DNA of 32,000 nt from NCBI RefSeq assembly GCF_000421105.1, contig NZ_ATWF01000001.1, positions 21,987 to 53,986 of the forward strand, given 5' to 3'. Made by a program: the position numbers and the translations under genes. Position 1 is the stretch's first letter. Every line of letters begins with the position of its first letter. This document shows positions 15,402 through 24,205 of this stretch, piece after piece. Below the pieces are notes generated by a model. The model had not been told where the DNA came from. It was given only the letters and a program-made list of their open reading frames with translations, and did no database searches. This stretch comes from Limisalsivibrio acetivorans (GTDB lineage Bacteria > Chrysiogenota > Deferribacteres > Deferribacterales > Geovibrionaceae).

Positions 15402-16165
15402 CAGCTCTGTATCCGGAACTCTTCTTTTATATCAGTAATCTTACCGTCCGGAGTAAAGGTTCTTTCATGGAAGTGCACATTATTGTCGTAGTCTATGAGG
15501 ATTACCGTTGAGGCTCTTGTTCCATATTCACCTGCACGAATGAACATGGGGGAGAGAGAGCGTTCCCAGTCCTTCGGGACACCTGTTTCGGGTAGCTCCT
15601 CATCCGGTGGCTTAACCTCATCTTTCAGCATAAGCATGAGCTGTTCGGCAGTGATGCTTTCCTGTTGGAGAATCTTTGCCATTCCAACCTTACCCCTCAT
15701 AACCTTAGGCCACGGGTCGTTGAGCAGAGCGTTGCTAAGACCGTGCAGTCCTTCGGGGATTGCGGCGGGTGTTTTCCCCCTGTTGGAGAAATAATGAAGG
15801 TGATCAATATCACCGTATATAAGGTTGTAACCGTTGAATTCCTTTGCTTCCGCTTCAAGTTTGTCAGTATACTCTTCCACGCTGACATCGCATGTTAGAA
15901 ACTCCTTGGTGAGCATACCCCTTGAGCGCATATTCTCTTTCTTTTCATCGGGACTGCGGAAGTTGGTGAGGGCTGCAAAACGCCCTGTACGGGTTATTCC
16001 TAGCCATGTCCCTCCGGCTTCTATGTCGATTCCGCCGAGGATGTCTCTTCCGGGTTCCCACCATCCCGCCTCTTTGGTAAGGCGGTAGTGGAACTCATCC
16101 CTGTTCGCCGCAAAGACCAGCTTATACTGCGGGTGCTGTTTGTAGGAGAAAATAATCAGGCACAT
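15401..16165 (-). CDS. NRDE-family protein (DUF833 / TANGO2-like)
   Basis: The N-terminal MCLIIF...FAANRDEF (nucleophile Cys2 plus the NRDE motif) and GGTWLGI are present. Its stop overlaps the yigZ start by 1 nt (TGATG). Confidence 0.85.
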   Translation of the reverse strand: MCLIIFSYKQHPQYKLVFAANRDEFHYRLTKEAGWWEPGRDILGGIDIEAGGTWLGITRTGRFAALTNFRSPDEKKENMRSRGMLTKEFLTCDVSVEEYTDKLEAEAKEFNGYNLIYGDIDHLHYFSNRGKTPAAIPEGLHGLSNALLNDPWPKVMRGKVGMAKILQQESITAEQLMLMLKDEVKPPDEELPETGVPKDWERSLSPMFIRAGEYGTRASTVILIDYDNNVHFHERTFTPDGKITDIKEEFRIQS

Positions 16166-16310
16166 CAGTTATTGTTATCACCTGAGCATTTTAAAATAAA
16201 GCATAAAATTCTTATTAAGCATATTGAGAACTATGGATCTTTTATAATACGGAAGTTATAATAGTTTATAAACACAGCGGAATTCGTTTCAATAATACAC
16301 TTGTTACAGG

Positions 16311-19300
16311 ATGGTCTTTGTGAATTTAAATGTAAAGAAGCTGGTGCTGTACTCATTAGTACTTTTTCTCCTATTGGCCGCCGCCGATGCACTTACCCAG
16401 GGGGCATACTACGAAAAGCAGAAATCCACCCAGCTTGCCGATATGCAGACAGAGCTCTCCTCTATCAGAGCCAAGCTTGAAACCACTGTAACGTCGAATC
16501 TATTACTTATACATTCTATGGCCTCATACATACGGGTTAATCCCGATATAACGGGTGAGGAGTTCTCAGAGTACGCCGAGGCTCTCACAGAGAAGCCGAA
16601 CAGCCTGCTTAACATCGCCATTGCACCCTCGCTGGTTTTAACCCACGTATACCCCCTTGAGGGTAATGAGGCCATCATTGGCGTGGATTACCGTAACCTT
16701 CCCGATCAATGGCCAAAGGTTCGCCTCGCCGCAGAAACCGGTGAGATGGTTATTGCTGGTCCCGTAAACCTCATTCAGGGGGGAAGAGGGCTAGTGGGAA
16801 GGGCGCCTGTTTTCATTGAGAAAGGCAGGGCAAAGGAGTTCTGGGGTATCGTATCCTCTGTTGTGGATTTCGATAAAATGATATCAGGTGTGGATGCTTT
16901 GGCAGAAAGCTTTCGAATCGAGTATGCCCTTGTAAACCCCGATGCACAGCCGGGTAGTGAGCTTATTTACGGTGATGGAGCGATCGTCGATGATCCTTCT
17001 GCCGTTGATATGAGCGTCAATTTCCCCAACGGGAGCTGGCGGATGCATGCGAGGCCCGAGCAGGGCTGGGTCAGTATGGGCAATGCTTCATTATATATCC
17101 ACATAACTTTCCTTTTGATTTTCGCTCTGCTGTTTATGATCCTTTATCAAAAGCTCAGAAAGGATTACGCACTTTCGCTCAGCGAAAAGCGCTTTCGTGA
17201 TTTTACTGAAAGCTCCTCAGACTGGGTGTGGGAGGTTAATTCCGCCGGTCAGTATACCTTTGCCTCCGGTAATGTGTCGGATATCCTTGGATACACTCCA
17301 TTGGAGTTTATCGGCAAAACCCCCTTTGACTTTATGAGCGAAGCGGAAGCCGAAAGGGTTGGAGAGATCTTCAGTCGTATCATAAAGAATCAAGAACCCA
17401 TAGTAGATTTGGAGAACTGGCATATTTCAAGAAGTGGCAGGGATATATGTGTGCTTACCAACGGAGTACCTGTTTTTGATGAAAAGGGTTCTCTCGCCGG
17501 CTACAGGGGTGTGGATAAGGATATAACAGAGCGGAAGCTTTGGGAGGAGATGCTCAAGGAAGAGAAGGAGCACACCCTGCAGATTATTGAGGGAACAACG
17601 GATGCCTTCTTTGAGGTCGATGAAGATTTTAACATTATCTATCTGAATCGAAGAGCCGAGCTTCAGCTTGGTGTGAAAGCCTCTGAATCTATGGGGAAAA
17701 ACCTTTGGGAACTATTTCCCCAGGCAAGAGATTCTATTTTTCATCGCGAGTATAAGAGAGCGATGCAAGAGCAGGTTGTGGTGGATTTTGAGGAGTACTT
17801 TGAGCCCTTCGATACATGGTATGAGGTACACGCATACCCCTCTAATAAAAGGCTTTCGGTTTATTTCAACAATATAACTCCTCGAAAAAAACTGCAGGCA
17901 AGGCTTGAGAGTGCGAAAAACGAGATGGAGATCATCTTCGGCACCACAAGGGACGGCATTGCAATAATGGATCTGGAAACAAACTTCCTCCAGTGCAACC
18001 CTGCGTATCTTCAGATGACCGGCTACAACTATGAAGAGATTATGAAAACCTCCTGTAGGGAGATGAGCATTCCGGAGGATATCCCTCGCTCGGAGCAGGC
18101 GATACGCCATGTAATCGAACACGGCTACATCGAGAAGTTTGAGAAAACCTGCGTAGCCAAGGACGGCCGGCGCATAAATGTTCAGATGTCTATCTCCCTG
18201 ATGCCGGATGGCAGGAGACTCCTTGCAGCTACTAGAGATATTACTGATCTTGTCCGCATACAAAACGACCTGCGTGAAAGCAAGGAGCTTCTTGATCTTT
18301 TCTTTGCCCAGTCCCTTGCCGGCTTTTTCTTCATGATGCTTGATGAACCTGTATTCTGGGATGACAATGCGGATAAGGAGAAGCTTCTGAACTATATCTT
18401 CGAGAACCAGAGGATTACGAAGATCAATGAAGCTATGCTCCAGCAGTATAGAGCAGAAGAGAAGGATTTTATCGGTCTACGCCCTAAGGATTTCTTTGAG
18501 CACGACATCGAAAGCGGAAGAGATATCTGGAGGGAGTTCTTCGATAATGGAAGGATGCACATAGATACTGTGGAGAAACGTTTCGACGGCACTGAGATGG
18601 TCGTTGAAGGGGATTACATATGCCTGTACGACTGTGATGGAAGGATTACCGGCCATTTCGGAGTGCAGCGTGATGTTACAAAACAGCGTGAGGATGAGGC
18701 GAAGCTGGAGCGCTACATCAATATAGTTGATGAGTATGTGATCACCTCACAGACGGATCTGGAGGGTAATATCACCTATGCGAGCAAGGCTTTCTGCGAT
18801 ATATCCGTTTACGAAAGGGATGAGCTCATAGGGCAGAACCACAACATAATCCGTCATCCCGACATGCCCGATCATGTTTTTGAGGAGATGTGGGATACGA
18901 TACAGAAGGGCAAGAACTGGTATGGCGAAATCAAAAACCTCAAGAGTGACGGTGGATTTTACTGGGTTGATACCTTTATCTCCCCCCTCTATAACCGTTC
19001 CGGGGATATATACGGCTATATGGCGGTACGTCAGGATATAACAGCCAAGAAGGAGATCGAAACCATCTCTGTGACGGACAGGCTCACGGGTATCTTCAAC
19101 AGGGTTAAGCTGGATGACGTTATCCAGAGTGAGCATGAGCGGTTCCTCCGCTATAAGGAGCCGTATTCGGTTATCCTCTTCGATATAGACCATTTTAAGC
19201 GTGTGAATGACACCTACGGCCACCTTGTGGGGGATTATGTGCTCAAGGAGCTTTCAGACCTTGCAGGTGATACTGTTCGTAAGACAGATATACTTGGCCG

Positions 19301-19550
19301 CTGGGGGGGAGAGGAGTTTATGGTTGTTTGCCCCTCCACGGAAGAAGAGGGGGCGGCAACCCTTGCGGAGCATATGAGAAAGGCCATTGAAGAGCATAGC
19401 TTCGATGAGGTGGGGAATATAACCTCCAGCTTCGGAGCCGCCTGCATAACGGATTACGATAATCACGATGCGCTCCTGAAGGGTGTGGACGATGCCCTTT
19501 ATGAGGCGAAGAGGGGAGGGCGCAACAGGGTTCATACGCCGAAAATCTAG
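16311..19550 (+). CDS. Sensor diguanylate cyclase: TM - CHASE-like periplasmic domain - TM - about 5 PAS domains - GGDEF
   Basis: Two TM segments (about residues 10-30 and 262-282) bracket an extracytoplasmic domain of roughly 230 aa. Repeated PAS-like segments follow. The C-terminal domain carries GGEEF (19305-19319) preceded by an RxxD I-site (RKTD, 19278-19289). Confidence 0.9.
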   Translation: MVFVNLNVKKLVLYSLVLFLLLAAADALTQGAYYEKQKSTQLADMQTELSSIRAKLETTVTSNLLLIHSMASYIRVNPDITGEEFSEYAEALTEKPNSLLNIAIAPSLVLTHVYPLEGNEAIIGVDYRNLPDQWPKVRLAAETGEMVIAGPVNLIQGGRGLVGRAPVFIEKGRAKEFWGIVSSVVDFDKMISGVDALAESFRIEYALVNPDAQPGSELIYGDGAIVDDPSAVDMSVNFPNGSWRMHARPEQGWVSMGNASLYIHITFLLIFALLFMILYQKLRKDYALSLSEKRFRDFTESSSDWVWEVNSAGQYTFASGNVSDILGYTPLEFIGKTPFDFMSEAEAERVGEIFSRIIKNQEPIVDLENWHISRSGRDICVLTNGVPVFDEKGSLAGYRGVDKDITERKLWEEMLKEEKEHTLQIIEGTTDAFFEVDEDFNIIYLNRRAELQLGVKASESMGKNLWELFPQARDSIFHREYKRAMQEQVVVDFEEYFEPFDTWYEVHAYPSNKRLSVYFNNITPRKKLQARLESAKNEMEIIFGTTRDGIAIMDLETNFLQCNPAYLQMTGYNYEEIMKTSCREMSIPEDIPRSEQAIRHVIEHGYIEKFEKTCVAKDGRRINVQMSISLMPDGRRLLAATRDITDLVRIQNDLRESKELLDLFFAQSLAGFFFMMLDEPVFWDDNADKEKLLNYIFENQRITKINEAMLQQYRAEEKDFIGLRPKDFFEHDIESGRDIWREFFDNGRMHIDTVEKRFDGTEMVVEGDYICLYDCDGRITGHFGVQRDVTKQREDEAKLERYINIVDEYVITSQTDLEGNITYASKAFCDISVYERDELIGQNHNIIRHPDMPDHVFEEMWDTIQKGKNWYGEIKNLKSDGGFYWVDTFISPLYNRSGDIYGYMAVRQDITAKKEIETISVTDRLTGIFNRVKLDDVIQSEHERFLRYKEPYSVILFDIDHFKRVNDTYGHLVGDYVLKELSDLAGDTVRKTDILGRWGGEEFMVVCPSTEEEGAATLAEHMRKAIEEHSFDEVGNITSSFGAACITDYDNHDALLKGVDDALYEAKRGGRNRVHTPKI

Positions 19551-20140
19551 GGGTTTAGTTTACCCATTATCTCCAGCAGTTTTCTGTAGTCTTCCTCGGT
19601 GTCTGTATCCAGCGACTGGCAGTTATCCCCGCAATCGACTTTGCGAACTATGCCTCTGTTATCCTCGATAACTACCCTTCCACCTGAATCATCCGAAAGG
19701 TTTTGCAAAGGTTCGTAGCACTCCGGCGGAAATATCACGGGGTTACCCTCGTTTCCGCAATACACAGGTATAACGATGCTATTCGGGTTTTCAGTGTATT
19801 CCCTGCAAAGGGCTGAGACTGTTTCAGGGCTTATAAGGGGTTGGTCCGCCACCAGAAACATGATGCCCGATGCCCCCTCGAGAGCCTTTGTTCCGAGCCT
19901 TATCGTTTCACTCTTCCCTTTCTCCGGTGCACGGTTGAAGATAACCTCGATCCCCATGTTCTCGAAGATATCTGCCACATCCTTTGATGAGACTACTGCA
20001 ATAGCCCTTTCAAACTCATCCAAGGGGAGGCTTCTGAGCATATATCCCAATATGGTGGAGTCCTCCAGCGGGAGGAGGAGCTTCTCTCTTCCCATCCTGC
20101 GTGAGAGGCCGGCGGCCATTATAAGGCATGAGGGCTTCAT
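19547..20140 (-). CDS. MobA-like NTP transferase, probable molybdenum cofactor cytidylyltransferase (MocA/YgfJ-like)
   Basis: The N-terminal LIMAAGLSRRMGREKLLLPL motif is present, the protein is 197 aa, and it sits in the molybdenum hydroxylase accessory context. It overlaps yqeC by 4 nt. Confidence 0.8.
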   Translation of the reverse strand: MKPSCLIMAAGLSRRMGREKLLLPLEDSTILGYMLRSLPLDEFERAIAVVSSKDVADIFENMGIEVIFNRAPEKGKSETIRLGTKALEGASGIMFLVADQPLISPETVSALCREYTENPNSIVIPVYCGNEGNPVIFPPECYEPLQNLSDDSGGRVVIEDNRGIVRKVDCGDNCQSLDTDTEEDYRKLLEIMGKLNP

Positions 20141-20841
20141 TCAAACAGCTCCGCCTTTGAGCTGTGGATACTCCCGCCGCAGAGTGTGTATTCAGGAGGG
20201 AGGAGGCCTCTTAGTTTAATGGTGTTGAGACGGTCGTTTTCACTCTCCATCTTGCTGGCAAAGACACACTTTTTGCCCGAAGAGCAGCGGAAGTAACCCT
20301 CATCGCTCATTATGAGCTCTGCGAGGTGTTCCACCCCGAAGGTCTCCCCCTCTTTAAGCTTTGTGAGCTTTGAGAAGATCTCAAACCTGTGTACGTTTAA
20401 GGGGGATACGGGTTTACCCACCGCCGTTATATCAGCCACTGCTATGGTTATGTTTGAACATTCGGGGATCACAGGCTCGTAGCTCTCCCACCCTTTGAGG
20501 GGCTTCCTTGCGGAGCCGTCCGCCTCTATAAGAACAAGGTCGAAGCGCCCTGCGATGCGGCATATCTCATCGGGGTCGGGCCCTATACCCTTTTCTCCTG
20601 CAACCTTTGCACTGGCGTACACGCCGGGATTTTTGAGGTCCTTGTCTGCAAAGAGCCTTCCAGTGGTATCCTTGTTCTCAAAATCATCAAGCTCCTCTGC
20701 GGCAATCCGGGTGGAGGTTGTAACAAGAACCTTACCCGCTGCCTCCTCCGCAAGTTTCTTCATCAGGGAGCTTTTCCCCCCCCCGCCGGTGATGCTTATA
20801 ATATCTCCGGTTGATATCCCGAAGGCATCCGAAAACCTCAT
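20137..20841 (-). CDS. yqeC: Selenium-dependent molybdenum hydroxylase accessory protein YqeC family (P-loop)
   Basis: ITGGGGKSSLM, VLVTTSTRI and LIEADGSARKPLKGWESYEPVIP...IAV....VGKPV....VHR align motif for motif with E. coli YqeC as I recall it (VGAGGKTSTM, VLMTTTTHM, LVEADGARGMPLKAPDEHEPCIP...VHR). Confidence 0.85.
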   Translation of the reverse strand: MRFSDAFGISTGDIISITGGGGKSSLMKKLAEEAAGKVLVTTSTRIAAEELDDFENKDTTGRLFADKDLKNPGVYASAKVAGEKGIGPDPDEICRIAGRFDLVLIEADGSARKPLKGWESYEPVIPECSNITIAVADITAVGKPVSPLNVHRFEIFSKLTKLKEGETFGVEHLAELIMSDEGYFRCSSGKKCVFASKMESENDRLNTIKLRGLLPPEYTLCGGSIHSSKAELFE

Positions 20842-21476
20842 TTCCTGTATTCCTTTATGTTTTTGAGAATAACGTCCGGGGTGGCGGCAAGGAAATCCGC
20901 ATCCGCAATCTCTCCTCTGGTTCCGTAACCCCAGAGAACACCTACACTCCGCATTCCCGTCTCCTTAGCCCCTTTTATATCAAAATCCCTGTCTCCAACC
21001 ATGATGCATGCATTGGCATTCAGGGAATGTTCATCAAGGATCTTCCTGAGGAGCTCCGTTTTGTCCATGGTTCCCCCTCCAGCGTATATGCCGTCGAAAA
21101 GGTGGCCGATGCCGAAATGTTCAATGACGCTCTCTGCAAGAGCCTGAGACTTGGTGGTTGCCAGAAACAGCTTGTGCCCTTCACGCTTGAGCTCGTTCAA
21201 TGCCTTCTCAATCCCGGTGTACATCCTGCTTAATTTATGACCGCTATTTGTGTGATCCTGCCTAAATTTTGCCACCGCCTCGTCAATAACTTCCTGAGCA
21301 TCTGTTTTGAGGAGTTGAGCGAAGGTCTCCTGGAGTGGAGGTCCTATGTATCTATTAATATCGGTTTCCGCAACGGGTTCAGCCCCCATCTCTGTAAGGG
21401 CAAAATTGAGCGACTGGCGCACCCCTTCGGCGGAATTGCTTATGGTTCCGTCTAAATCAAATATAATGTTTTGCAT
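20838..21476 (-). CDS. HAD-superfamily hydrolase (phosphoglycolate-phosphatase-like subfamily IA)
   Basis: Motif I is FDLDGTISNS, motif II is LATTKS and motif III/IV is VGDRDFDIKGA. GGAGG lies 6 nt upstream. It is the first gene of the HAD-yqeC-mocA-like operon. Confidence 0.85.
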   Translation of the reverse strand: MQNIIFDLDGTISNSAEGVRQSLNFALTEMGAEPVAETDINRYIGPPLQETFAQLLKTDAQEVIDEAVAKFRQDHTNSGHKLSRMYTGIEKALNELKREGHKLFLATTKSQALAESVIEHFGIGHLFDGIYAGGGTMDKTELLRKILDEHSLNANACIMVGDRDFDIKGAKETGMRSVGVLWGYGTRGEIADADFLAATPDVILKNIKEYRK

Positions 21477-21589
21477 AGAAAACCTCCATGTGCTAAATAA
21501 TCCTTAAATATAGTTACCCTAACTCTTTCCATTATCGTACTAAAAAAAGATAATGCAATGAAAAGAAAGGGGCTGTATACGCAAATTTG

Positions 21590-21618
21590 TTGACGCTATA
21601 CAATTTATTTTATATTAT
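21590..21618 (+). promoter_or_regulatory. Candidate sigma70 promoter of the permease/XdhC-like operon
   Basis: -35 TTGACG (21590-21595), a 17-nt spacer, then -10 TATTAT (21613-21618). This leaves a leader of roughly 85 nt. Confidence 0.5.
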
Positions 21619-21711
21619 CAAATGTATTGTAAGCGGCACAGATCTTGCGAGGAGAACCAAGCATTATGTTTTAAGACTTGAAAATATTTTATTTTCAGCA
21701 GGAGGAACACT

Positions 21712-23127
21712 TTGTCTAACGAAAATGCTAATGTTCCCAAGGCGGAGATTATCTACGGCTTGGAAGACCGTCCCCCGGTTGGCGAATCGATCTACGCAGC
21801 AATTCAGCACCTTCTGGCGATCATCGTCGGAATAATGACACCCCCCCTTATCATCGGAAACGTCCTCGGGCTTGAGCCCCAGACCAAGGCTTATCTCATA
21901 AGCATGTCTCTCTTTGTTTCAGGTGTGGCAACGTTTATACAGTGCCGGAAGTTCGGGCCCATAGGCTCTGGCCTTCTGAGTATCCAGGGAACGAGCTTTG
22001 CTTTCCTTGGCTCTGTAATATCCGTTGGCTTTATGGTTAAAGGTCAGGGTGGCGGAGACGCCGAGATTCTGCGTATGATCTTCGGAGTGGCCTTTGTGGG
22101 CGCATTCATCGAGATTATCATCAGCCGTTTTCTTCCGGCTGTACGCAAGGTTATAACACCCCTTGTGAGCGGAATTGTGGTTACGCTTATCGGCCTTTCA
22201 CTTATTAAGGTGGCTGTGATCGACTTCGGTGGCGGTATGTACATATACCAGAATAAGCCCGAACTCTTTGCCCAGCCCGCAAACCTCGGTTTCGGTTTCC
22301 TTGTACTCATAACTATCATTATACTTAACCGAAGCTCAAACCGCTTTATCCGCATGGGTGCCATCGTTATGGCTCTCGCCGTGGGATATGTCATCGCCGC
22401 ATTCATGGGCTTAATCGACTTCAGCAAGCTTGAGGGTGCTTCACTCTTCGCAGCTCCCATTCCCTTCAAGTACGGCTTCTTCGATTTCAGCCTTAGCGCA
22501 TTCATACCCATAGCCCTCATATACCTTATCACCGCTGTGGAATCTATTGGCGACCTTACAGCAACCTCTATGGTTTCAAACCAGCCTATTAAGGGTGACA
22601 AGTATATCAAGACGATCTCCGGCGGTGTCCTTGGTGATGGTGTAAACTCAGCAATTGCGGCTGTTTTTAACTCCTTCCCCAACACAACATTCAGCCAGAA
22701 CAACGGTGTAATCCAGCTTACCGGTGTTGCAAGCCGTTATGTGGGATATTTTATCGCCCTTCTCCTTGTTGTTGCAGGGCTTTTCCCCATTCTCGCAACC
22801 CTGTTCAGCCTTATACCGAACTCCGTTCTCGGCGGTGCTACTGTTCTTATGTTCGGAACCGTTGCTGCGGCCGGTATCAAGATTATCGCCTCAAGCACCA
22901 TTAACCGCAGGGGTATGCTTATCATAGCCATATCCATGGGTCTTGGTCTTGGCGTAACATTTGTACCCGAAGTGCTTAACAGCCTTCCCCCCGTACTTAA
23001 GAACATCTTCTCCTCATCCATTACCACAGGCGGACTCACTGCTATCATATGCAACGTGGTTCTCCCCAGAGGTAAAGAGGCGGAAAAAGAAGTATCTGAG
23101 AAACCTTCCATAGTGGAAGGCCCCTAA
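21712..23127 (+). CDS. NCS2/NAT-family nucleobase:cation symporter, xanthine permease-like (XanQ-like)
   Basis: The 471-aa polytopic ORF carries the NAT signature QNNGVIQLTG (22696-22725), followed by VASRYVG as in xanthine/uric-acid permeases. The start is TTG, with GGAGG 6 nt upstream. Confidence 0.9.
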   Translation: MSNENANVPKAEIIYGLEDRPPVGESIYAAIQHLLAIIVGIMTPPLIIGNVLGLEPQTKAYLISMSLFVSGVATFIQCRKFGPIGSGLLSIQGTSFAFLGSVISVGFMVKGQGGGDAEILRMIFGVAFVGAFIEIIISRFLPAVRKVITPLVSGIVVTLIGLSLIKVAVIDFGGGMYIYQNKPELFAQPANLGFGFLVLITIIILNRSSNRFIRMGAIVMALAVGYVIAAFMGLIDFSKLEGASLFAAPIPFKYGFFDFSLSAFIPIALIYLITAVESIGDLTATSMVSNQPIKGDKYIKTISGGVLGDGVNSAIAAVFNSFPNTTFSQNNGVIQLTGVASRYVGYFIALLLVVAGLFPILATLFSLIPNSVLGGATVLMFGTVAAAGIKIIASSTINRRGMLIIAISMGLGLGVTFVPEVLNSLPPVLKNIFSSSITTGGLTAIICNVVLPRGKEAEKEVSEKPSIVEGP

Positions 23128-23140
23128 CATATTCTCTATT

Positions 23141-23172
23141 GCACCCCGCAGAACCTGCGGGGTGCTTTTTTT
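23141..23172 (+). terminator. Rho-independent terminator-like hairpin between the permease and the XdhC-like gene
   Basis: GCACCCCGCAG (23141-23151), loop AAC, CTGCGGGGTGC (23155-23165), then T7 (23166-23172). It may act as a partial terminator or attenuator, because the next + strand gene starts 38 nt later. Confidence 0.75.
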
Positions 23173-23209
23173 GTCCGTTCTGTTATACTCCGAAACTCAG
23201 GAGACTGCC

Positions 23210-24205
23210 ATGAAGATAGAAGCCAGAGCTCTCCAGCTCATCGATAATAAAAAAAGCTTTGTATTAGCAACTGTCTATTCCGCCACCGGCTCCACACCGA
23301 GACAACCGGGGGCTGGTATGATCATAACCGAAGCGGGGGAAACCTTCTCCACCATCGGGGGTGGTCTTGTGGAGGGCAAGGTATTGGCCGAGGCTGAGGA
23401 TATGTTCAAAGGGAGCACCTCCTCCAAGATCCTTGAGTACACCCTCACCCCCGGGAACACCGATGTTAACGTGGATATGATATGCGGCGGAAGCATCGGC
23501 ATTATCCTTGAGCTTTTCACGCCGGACAGTCCACAGAGTGGTGTCCTCAAGGAGTATTCATCCTCTCCGTCCGGTTCGGTCTGGCTTTTAGAGATGGGTG
23601 ATGATTCGGTTATACGTTCGATAATCCAAAGGGGGAGCTCCCACCCTCTAGAGGAAAGGATCTTCATAGGGGGGCTTACACCCGATTCTCCGCTGATGCT
23701 CATGGAAAAGGGGGCAAAGTTTTTTGTCAACCCCTTCAGCGACAGTGGAACCCTTATCATCTTCGGCGGCGGTCACGTGGGCGTTGAGGTGTGCAGGCTG
23801 GCCTCCATTGCAGATTTCGATGTTATTGTTGTGGAGGATCGCCCGGGCTTTGCTGATGAGGGGCGTTTTCCCGATGCGAAGGAGGTGCTCACCCCCGCTG
23901 AGCTTACCGATGCCTTCGATACCCTTGAAGTCGGACGTAAAACATGTATAGCCATAATAACCCGCGGCCACAGGCTGGATGAGGCTGTGCTTGAAAGATC
24001 CCTTGGTAGCGGTGCTGCCTATATCGGAATGATCGGAAGCCGGAGGAAGAGGGATATCATATATCGGAACCTCATGGAGAAGGGCTTCTCCGAGTTGGAA
24101 CTGAGGAACGTTAGATGCCCCATCGGCGTGCAGATAAACGCTGAATCCCCCGTGGAGATAGCGTTCAGCATAGTTGCCGAGCTTATCGATTTCAGAGGCC
24201 GCTAA
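23210..24205 (+). CDS. XdhC/CoxI-family molybdenum hydroxylase maturation factor
   Basis: The start is ATG 23210 with AGGAG 6 nt upstream; the track's GTG at 23162 lies inside the terminator. The N-terminal XdhC_CoxI motif is ATVYSATGSTPRQPGAGM...IGGG..E. The C-terminal Rossmann-like part reads LIIFGGGHVGVEV.....DFDVIVVEDRP and GMIGSRRK. Confidence 0.85.
   Translation: MKIEARALQLIDNKKSFVLATVYSATGSTPRQPGAGMIITEAGETFSTIGGGLVEGKVLAEAEDMFKGSTSSKILEYTLTPGNTDVNVDMICGGSIGIILELFTPDSPQSGVLKEYSSSPSGSVWLLEMGDDSVIRSIIQRGSSHPLEERIFIGGLTPDSPLMLMEKGAKFFVNPFSDSGTLIIFGGGHVGVEVCRLASIADFDVIVVEDRPGFADEGRFPDAKEVLTPAELTDAFDTLEVGRKTCIAIITRGHRLDEAVLERSLGSGAAYIGMIGSRRKRDIIYRNLMEKGFSELELRNVRCPIGVQINAESPVEIAFSIVAELIDFRGR

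Noticed and set aside
21619-21711. Purine (guanine/xanthine) riboswitch in the leader of the xanthine permease gene.
   Set aside because: The ~85-nt leader lacks the conserved three-way-junction sequences (UAUA...GGAUAUGG...CUACC...). It contains only a trivial ATG-TTT-TAA mini-ORF.
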